Part shown: positions 58,032-64,000 of the stretch, in pieces
Layout: each line of letters begins with the position of its first letter
Numbering within the stretch: the first letter of the stretch is position 1
Origin: an uncultured Actinomycetes bacterium
Lineage (GTDB): Bacteria; Actinomycetota; Humimicrobiia; Humimicrobiales; Humimicrobiaceae
Reading direction: 5' to 3'
NCBI GenBank assembly: GCA_963847665.1
Contig: CAWKAO010000001.1
Span: forward strand, 120,131-184,130
DNA: 64,000 nt
Position numbers and translations under genes: made by a program
The notes under the pieces: generated by a model
What the model saw: the letters and a program-made list of their open reading frames with translations, nothing else
Database searches by the model: none
Told to the model about the DNA's origin: nothing

Positions 58032-58679
58032 ATGACAGAATTTGAATTTTACGACTACATTACTATCATAAGTCCCACAGGGCTTAGGGCTTCCAATCTT
58101 CGGGAGTTTTTATCGATTATCGAAGAATCAGAAGACAATGTCCTATTCCACCATATGTTTCAGGCGCAATTGAAATACCATTCAAGGATACTGAATTACA
58201 ACGGGGATTTTGCAAACTGGGCTGCGGACTCACTTGAAGACTATGCCCTTGCAGAAAAACTTGGTAACTTTAATCCCTATGATTATTCAACCATAGCTGA
58301 GGCAAAGGACTACCTTGTGGAGATAATAGAAGAACATATGTGGGACCTCCCAAATATCCCCTGGACCAGGCCCGGGTTAGAATTTTACTTCTCATATTCG
58401 ACTTCAATTATAATGCCTTCTGGAATAAAAGTAGCAAACATAAAAGAGCTCAAGGATGCCTTAAAGAATATAAGTATTAATTCATTTTACTACCATTTTT
58501 GTGAAACAAGAAAAATTAAAAAAGAGAAGATGCACGATGATTTCTCTACCTGGATGGATGAGAACTTTGACTTAAAGGAACTTGTTAAAAGTTTAAGGGA
58601 TATAGACTTTTATTTTTTCAGTCTGGATGAGAGCAGGAAAAAAATAATTAGATTATTAAGGAATGAATTAGCAAAGTAG
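58032..58679 (+). CDS. DUF5752 family protein (TreT-associated)
   Basis: Duplicated module (LFHH / FYYH; DFANW / DFSTW); directly upstream of treT. Confidence 0.78.
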   Translation: MTEFEFYDYITIISPTGLRASNLREFLSIIEESEDNVLFHHMFQAQLKYHSRILNYNGDFANWAADSLEDYALAEKLGNFNPYDYSTIAEAKDYLVEIIEEHMWDLPNIPWTRPGLEFYFSYSTSIIMPSGIKVANIKELKDALKNISINSFYYHFCETRKIKKEKMHDDFSTWMDENFDLKELVKSLRDIDFYFFSLDESRKKIIRLLRNELAK

Positions 58680-58682
58680 AAC

Positions 58683-59930
58683 ATGCAAAACAATATAAGT
58701 ATCAATGATTATAAAGATGTAGTAGGAGAAAGATACATCCAACAGCTCAGGAATCTGGCAAAGGTCTCCCGTGATAAAAAGGTCATCATGGTAAATTCTA
58801 CAAAACTTGGTGGTGGAGTCGCAGAGATCCTTCACAGGCTAGTACCTTTATTAAATGAACTTGGTATATATTGTGAATGGAAAGTAATAAATGGTGACGA
58901 GAAGTTTTTTAAGATAACAAAGAATATGCATAATGCCCTGCAGGGAAATAAGGTATGTTTTTCACCTGATGACCTGCAATATTATCTCGAAGTAAACATG
59001 CAAAACTCCAGGGACCTCGATCTGGATGCAGATATAGTAGTAATACATGACCCTCAACCTCTCCCACTGTTAAAATTCTATGATAAGAAGAGCTCACGAT
59101 GGGCATGGCGCTGCCACATCGATATGTCTAAACCGGATATCACATTGTGGAAACATCTTAAGAAATATCTTAATCCATATGATGCAAGTATCTTTTCAAT
59201 AGCAAAATTCTCAAGGAAACTGCCACATCCACAATTTTTGATACTCCCTTCCATTGATCCTCTAAGTGATAAAAATCGCGAGGTGGACGAGCAGAAAATA
59301 GAAGCAATATTAAAGAGATTTAAAATAGAGCATGATAAACCCATTATTTTACAGGTCTCAAGATTTGACAGGTTCAAAGACCCTGTTGGGGTCATCAAGG
59401 CATACAGGCTCGTTAAGAATGAGATCGATTGCCAGCTGATTCTTGCAGGGGGGACCGCCACAGATGACCCCGAAGGCTTAGAAGTGCTGGAGGAGGTAAA
59501 GGCTGAGGCTGGAAATGATCCTGATGTCCACATCCTTATGCTTGAAGCGAACAGTGATATTGAAATAAATGCACTGCAGAGGGCTGCAGATGTAGTCATC
59601 CAGAAATCGACTAAAGAAGGATTCGGGCTTGTTGTCACGGAGGCACTATGGAAAGAAAAGCCTGTTATCGGTGGGGCAGTCGGTGGCATAACTACCCAGA
59701 TAAGGAATTACTATGACGGTTTTTTAGTCCATTCCATCGAAGGCGCCGCATACCGGATAAGATACCTTTTAAACAGACCTCACATGAGCAGTATAATGGG
59801 CCGTCAGGCCAAAAAATTTACTCTTGAAAATTTTCTTATAACGAGACATTTAAGGGATTATCTAAGCCTTTTTATATGCATGTATAACCAGGGCAAGAAT
59901 ATAATCAATGTGAAAGATACTGTATCATAA
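58683..59930 (+). CDS. treT: Trehalose synthase TreT-type glycosyltransferase
   Basis: NSTKLGGGVAEIL, HNALQG, IHDPQP, WRCHID, QVSRFDRFKDP, QKSTKEGFGL. Confidence 0.9.
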   Translation: MQNNISINDYKDVVGERYIQQLRNLAKVSRDKKVIMVNSTKLGGGVAEILHRLVPLLNELGIYCEWKVINGDEKFFKITKNMHNALQGNKVCFSPDDLQYYLEVNMQNSRDLDLDADIVVIHDPQPLPLLKFYDKKSSRWAWRCHIDMSKPDITLWKHLKKYLNPYDASIFSIAKFSRKLPHPQFLILPSIDPLSDKNREVDEQKIEAILKRFKIEHDKPIILQVSRFDRFKDPVGVIKAYRLVKNEIDCQLILAGGTATDDPEGLEVLEEVKAEAGNDPDVHILMLEANSDIEINALQRAADVVIQKSTKEGFGLVVTEALWKEKPVIGGAVGGITTQIRNYYDGFLVHSIEGAAYRIRYLLNRPHMSSIMGRQAKKFTLENFLITRHLRDYLSLFICMYNQGKNIINVKDTVS

Positions 59931-60063
59931 CACAAGTATCTTTTAATATATTTTTATAAAAATTCATCTAGTAAAAAACCATATACTTATAATGTGAATT
60001 TGTCCTATAATAAAAAATAATCTTTTTAAAAAATAGTTTATTTTATAAAAAGGAGGAGGAAAT

Positions 60064-60378
60064 ATGACGGATAAAAATCAATTCAGCCAGATGAATGAAG
60101 AAGAAAAGTATAAATTTGCAAAGAAAAGAGTTGAAGAGATAAAAGGTTTTTATGCGCATCTTATAACTTATCTTGCTGTAAATGTCGCTCTTTTTCTGAT
60201 TTGGTACTTCACAAGCGGTGGTGATTTTAGAAGTTATCCCTGGTTTGTATGGGTTCTTGGCTGGTGGGGCTTTGGTCTTTTCTGGCATATGATGGGAGTC
60301 TTTGTGTTCAACAGGGGTGGCGGAACATGGGAAAAGAAAAAAATAAAAGAGATCATGGACCAGATGGACAATAAATAA
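60064..60378 (+). CDS. 2TM domain protein
   Basis: AKKRVEEIKGFYAH..Y..VN; paralogue of 3816-4094; AGGAGGAGG RBS. Confidence 0.85.
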   Translation: MTDKNQFSQMNEEEKYKFAKKRVEEIKGFYAHLITYLAVNVALFLIWYFTSGGDFRSYPWFVWVLGWWGFGLFWHMMGVFVFNRGGGTWEKKKIKEIMDQMDNK

Positions 60379-60474
60379 AGACTTGTTTGTCCTTGATTTA
60401 ATTCCATAACCACTTCTTTAAAAATTTTTAACTGATAAATAATACTTAATAATGAGTATAAAGGGAAGGTATAA

Positions 60475-61644
60475 ATGAATTCTAGGGAACGGGTTAGGAC
60501 GGCACTGGATTTAAAAGAACCGGATAGGGTGCCGGTAGATAATAATGGAAATGTATCCGGGATACATGAAGTCGCATACCGGAATCTGCTTGGGTACCTG
60601 AATATCTCTGATGATATTCGTATTTATGATTATGTCCAGAGGCTCGCTGAGATAAAGGACGAGATAAAAGACACCCTTGGAATAGATACGAGATACCTCT
60701 ATCCAAATCCACCTGATAATTTTAAGTTTGTTGAGGGACCCGATGGTACCTTTAAAGATGAATTCGGGACAATCTACAGGAGAGTAAATTACTATTCTGA
60801 TATCTCCAAACCTGTATTAAGTGGAAAGACGCTTGAGGAAATAAAAGCATATAAGTTTCCTGATCCTTCGGACCTTACAAGATTTTATGGTTTAAAGGAA
60901 AAAGCAGAGAAGCTTTATAATGAAACTGATTATTCCCTTTGGGCAGGCCTTGTCAATTCACTCTTTTATTTTGCCTGGTGCTTGAGGGGTATAGAAGAAT
61001 TCATGACCGATCTTTACGGGGAACCGGAAACTGCCCAATATATAATGGATAGTATAGTAGATTGGAATATCGGCTTTTTTGAAAGTTTTTATTCAATAGT
61101 AGGTCCATATATCGACGTTTTCTGGATCGGAGATGACTGGGGCATACAGGATGGCTGCCTTATTTCTCCGGTATATTTTAAGAAAGAAGTCGTTCCAAGA
61201 TTTAAAAAAATGATAAGTTTCATCAAGACCAAAACAGATGCAAAATGCTGCTATCATACATGCGGGGCTACTTACTGGTGTCTCGACGACCTGAAGGACA
61301 TGGGTGTGGACATAGTGCATCCTTTGCAGGCTAATGCTGCTGGAAACGATACGGCGAAGATAAAAAAGGAGTACGGCCGAAAATTTGCTTTTCACGGTGG
61401 CACAAACAACCAGGGTGTGTTTCATAAGGATATAAAAACACTGACTATAGACACTCTTCAGAGGATAAAGGACCTTGCTCCCGGTGGTGGATATATCTTT
61501 TCTTCAGGGCATAACATACAGGCTAATATGCCACCGGAGAATATAATCAGGTTATTTGATCTCATAAAAGAATTTGGTGGCTATCCAATAGATATAGAAG
61601 CAATCGACAAAAGAATAGAAATTGAAAAAAATAAAAAATATTGA
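60475..61644 (+). CDS. Uroporphyrinogen decarboxylase / MtaA-CmuA family protein
   Basis: SRERV..AL...EPDRVP, GDDWG.Q, HTCG, PGGGYIFSSGHNIQ...PPENI. Confidence 0.88.
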   Translation: MNSRERVRTALDLKEPDRVPVDNNGNVSGIHEVAYRNLLGYLNISDDIRIYDYVQRLAEIKDEIKDTLGIDTRYLYPNPPDNFKFVEGPDGTFKDEFGTIYRRVNYYSDISKPVLSGKTLEEIKAYKFPDPSDLTRFYGLKEKAEKLYNETDYSLWAGLVNSLFYFAWCLRGIEEFMTDLYGEPETAQYIMDSIVDWNIGFFESFYSIVGPYIDVFWIGDDWGIQDGCLISPVYFKKEVVPRFKKMISFIKTKTDAKCCYHTCGATYWCLDDLKDMGVDIVHPLQANAAGNDTAKIKKEYGRKFAFHGGTNNQGVFHKDIKTLTIDTLQRIKDLAPGGGYIFSSGHNIQANMPPENIIRLFDLIKEFGGYPIDIEAIDKRIEIEKNKKY

Positions 61645-61669
61645 CATTTATATAAAATTTGTGTATATT
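61641..61669 (+). promoter_or_regulatory. Sigma70-type promoter of the orphan flp gene
   Basis: TTGACA-N17-TATATT. Confidence 0.65.
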
Positions 61670-61718
61670 ATATTAACAATAAAAATATTAATATAATAAT
61701 TTATATATTTATGGATTA

Positions 61719-61910
61719 ATGAAGAACTTATTTAACAGGATAAAGTTAGGTCTTTATTGCCATAGGGGGGCTTCTGCCACCGAATATGGTTTAATTATAA
61801 CAGGTGTAGCGTTAGCACTTATTATTGTTTTTAGTGTTGTGACAGGAGCGTTAAGTGATGGCTTCTATTTTATCAGGGACACAATAGTAAATGCAGCATC
61901 CGGAGGTTAA
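61719..61910 (+). CDS. flp: Flp family type IVb pilin (stand-alone)
   Basis: RG|ASATEYGLII prepilin motif plus a hydrophobic helix. Confidence 0.82.
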   Translation: MKNLFNRIKLGLYCHRGASATEYGLIITGVALALIIVFSVVTGALSDGFYFIRDTIVNAASGG

Positions 61911-61943
61911 AAAGAAAATTTCAACAGTTTTTATAAATATTTA

Positions 61944-61972
61944 TTAAAACAGGCCTTTATGGCCTGTTTTAA
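61944..61972 (+). terminator. Intrinsic terminator after the orphan flp
   Basis: TTAAAACAGGCC-tttat-GGCCTGTTTTAA. Confidence 0.8.
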
Positions 61973-62141
61973 TTTGATCTTATATTAAATATCTGCTCCT
62001 GATTTTTCTTCATGTTTTTATTATTTTAACGATTCAATAATGGATATGGACCTGGAAGATGATATTTGTGACTATTAATAATCTTTTTTAGATAAAAAAT
62101 GTTAAAATATTGTCCAACTTGTTATGGATAGAGGTCCCAAT

Positions 62142-63341
62142 ATGAAAGAAAAAAAATTGATAAAGGTTTTGAATATCGTCCCAACTCCTTTTTTTGCAGA
62201 CAGGGGTTGTCATATGCGGATACTTGGTGAGATGCGGGCGCTCGAGAAAAATGGGTTTTATAATATAATCTGCACTTACCACAATGGTAGAGATCTGGAA
62301 GGATTGGATATAAGAAGGACCATAAACATACCCTGGTATAAGAAGCTTGAGGCCGGTCCATCGATCCACAAGTTTTATCTGGATATGCTTCTTTTTTTTA
62401 AAGCTGCCGCAATATTTTTTAAAGAAAGACCTGACATAATCTATGGACATCTGCACGAAGGTGCTTTTGTTGGGGGCCTTGTAAAATATATATGTTCGTT
62501 CGGGAAAGTACCCCTGGTCTTTGATGTCCAGGGCAGCCTTACTTCTGAACTCGGGACTTTTAACTGGTTGAAGAGTCGTCCCGTGAAATGGTTTTTTTAT
62601 AATTTTGAAAAATTCATCTGCAAGATGCCCGATTTTTTCATATGTAGCTCAGTTTCTAATGGAGATATTATAAAGGAGCGTTTCAAAATCGATCCTGACA
62701 GGGTACGGGTAGTAATAGATGGGGTACATACTGATTTCTTTAATAAGGTCCCGGAGAAGGGATTCAGAAAAAAGATGGGGATACCTGATAATGCACCACT
62801 TATTATTTTTACTGGAGCCCTGCTCGTTGCAAAAGGTATCGATAACCTTGTTGAGAGCATTCCCGTGGTGTTAAAAAAGCTTAAAAATGTACATTTCTTA
62901 ATAGTAGGATACCCTGTTGAAGACACAAGGAAAAGAATAAAGGAACTGGCGGTAGAAGATAATGTCCATATGACCGGAATGGTCGATTACTTTGATCTTC
63001 CAGATTATTTGAATATAAGTGATATTGCCGTAGAACCAAAGATAGATAAAGCAGGAGAGGCAAGTGGAAAGGTCATTAATTACATGGGTGCAGGTCTTCC
63101 GGTTGTTTGTTTTGATTCTAAAAACAACAGAAGATTTCTTGAGGATGGCGGGATCTATGCGGAAAGCAGTGAGGTAAAAAACCTTGCTGAAAAAATGATC
63201 TGGGCAGTAGAAAATCCGGAGGAATCCAAAAGGCTTGGCGATATGAATAAAAAACGAGTCCAGGAAGTATTTTCCTGGGATAACAGCATAAAAGAAACTG
63301 TCAATGCTTTTAACAATCTACTTGGTATTGACGCCGGTTAA
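62142..63341 (+). CDS. Glycosyltransferase family 4 protein
   Basis: PFFADRGCHMRI, KGIDNL, E.SGKVINYMGAGLPVV. Confidence 0.9.
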   Translation: MKEKKLIKVLNIVPTPFFADRGCHMRILGEMRALEKNGFYNIICTYHNGRDLEGLDIRRTINIPWYKKLEAGPSIHKFYLDMLLFFKAAAIFFKERPDIIYGHLHEGAFVGGLVKYICSFGKVPLVFDVQGSLTSELGTFNWLKSRPVKWFFYNFEKFICKMPDFFICSSVSNGDIIKERFKIDPDRVRVVIDGVHTDFFNKVPEKGFRKKMGIPDNAPLIIFTGALLVAKGIDNLVESIPVVLKKLKNVHFLIVGYPVEDTRKRIKELAVEDNVHMTGMVDYFDLPDYLNISDIAVEPKIDKAGEASGKVINYMGAGLPVVCFDSKNNRRFLEDGGIYAESSEVKNLAEKMIWAVENPEESKRLGDMNKKRVQEVFSWDNSIKETVNAFNNLLGIDAG

Positions 63342-64000
63342 CTTATGGTGCCAGTATGGATAAGCAATCCCTGGCTCGCTTATATCATCCAGTTTTTTTA
63401 TCTCATCAGCATTAAGTTCCCAGGTAGTGGTATTTATATTATCGGAAAGCTGTTCCTTTTTTCTCGTCCCGAGCACAACAGAGGAGACTGCAGGTTTTTT
63501 TAATATATAATTTAATGCCACCTGTGCAACACTTGCATTGTGCCCTACTGCTATTTTTTGCATCAGGTCTACAATATCATAGGTCTTTTCTGAGTCCACC
63601 GGAGGAATGAAATTTGATTTTTTATTATCACCCAATCTCGTGCCCTCTGGTACGTTTGTTCCCCTTGAAAATTTTCCGGAAAGATATCCGCCGCTTAAAG
63701 GGCTCCAGACCATTATCCCTAGACCCTGGTCAAGGCATAATGGCACTATTTCATTTTCCAGCTCTCTTGCAAGAAGAGAATAGTAACCCTGATATGTTAT
63801 AAATCTTTCAAATCCATGAAGTGTTGAAACACACATAGCTTTCATCAGGTACCACCCGGAATAATTTGAACATCCTATATATCTGACCTTTCCTGCTTTT
63901 ACGAGTCCGGTTAAGGCACTTAGAGTTTCCTCAAGAGGTGTATTAAGATCCATGCTATGTATCATATAGATGTCAATATGATCGGTGTTCAACCTTTTAA
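63318..64000 (-). CDS. Aldo/keto reductase, 5'-truncated by window edge
   Basis: KRLNTDHIDIYMIH, GKVRYIGCSN, WSPLSGGYLSGK, AQVALNY. Confidence 0.92.
   Translation of the reverse strand, partial: KRLNTDHIDIYMIHSMDLNTPLEETLSALTGLVKAGKVRYIGCSNYSGWYLMKAMCVSTLHGFERFITYQGYYSLLARELENEIVPLCLDQGLGIMVWSPLSGGYLSGKFSRGTNVPEGTRLGDNKKSNFIPPVDSEKTYDIVDLMQKIAVGHNASVAQVALNYILKKPAVSSVVLGTRKKEQLSDNINTTTWELNADEIKKLDDISEPGIAYPYWHHKLTGVNTK

Noticed and set aside
779-63802. Numerous antisense or nested ORFs in the track (e.g. 1157-1726, 12364-12891, 26123-26842, 37023-37610, 59078-59689)
   Set aside because: They are shadows of well-supported genes on the opposite strand or frame, with no motifs or RBS.

Overview
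AT-rich bacterial chromosomal segment with gene content typical of an anaerobic Gram-positive-type organism (Tad/Flp pili, LCP, DegV, Rex, Ku/LigD). A deep-branching low-GC Actinomycetota such as Humimicrobiia is plausible, but that is only inference. From left to right: (1) an accessory region (1-4206) of unrelated genes separated by a recurring GAAATTTCGAACCAT motif and ending in a tRNA-Gln-like 3' fragment; (2) rlmN and a Tad/Flp pilus operon ending in an ssb; (3) ychF, a methyltransferase, rex and an LCP gene; (4) a purine cluster purB-purL(large fused type)-purF-purM-purN-purH; (5) lon, transporters, DUF485-actP and a LacI gene with tandem operators; (6) a B12-radical SAM gene, a phasin-like gene, Ku-LigD, mscL, a truncated GGDEF/HD-GYP gene, degV, LysM, an M48 protease and Rrf2-ferredoxin; (7) an uncharacterised module of opine dehydrogenase, a cobalamin-binding putative mutase and an asparagine-synthetase homologue lacking its catalytic Cys; (8) mscS, otsBA and treT; (9) a UroD-family gene, an orphan Flp pilin, a glycosyltransferase and a partial aldo-keto reductase. 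purM, ligD and the M48 gene carry frameshifts that may be sequencing errors. The two best candidates for an undescribed system are the opine/B12/AsnB-like module (49439-54507) and the repeat-delimited cassette array (436-4206).
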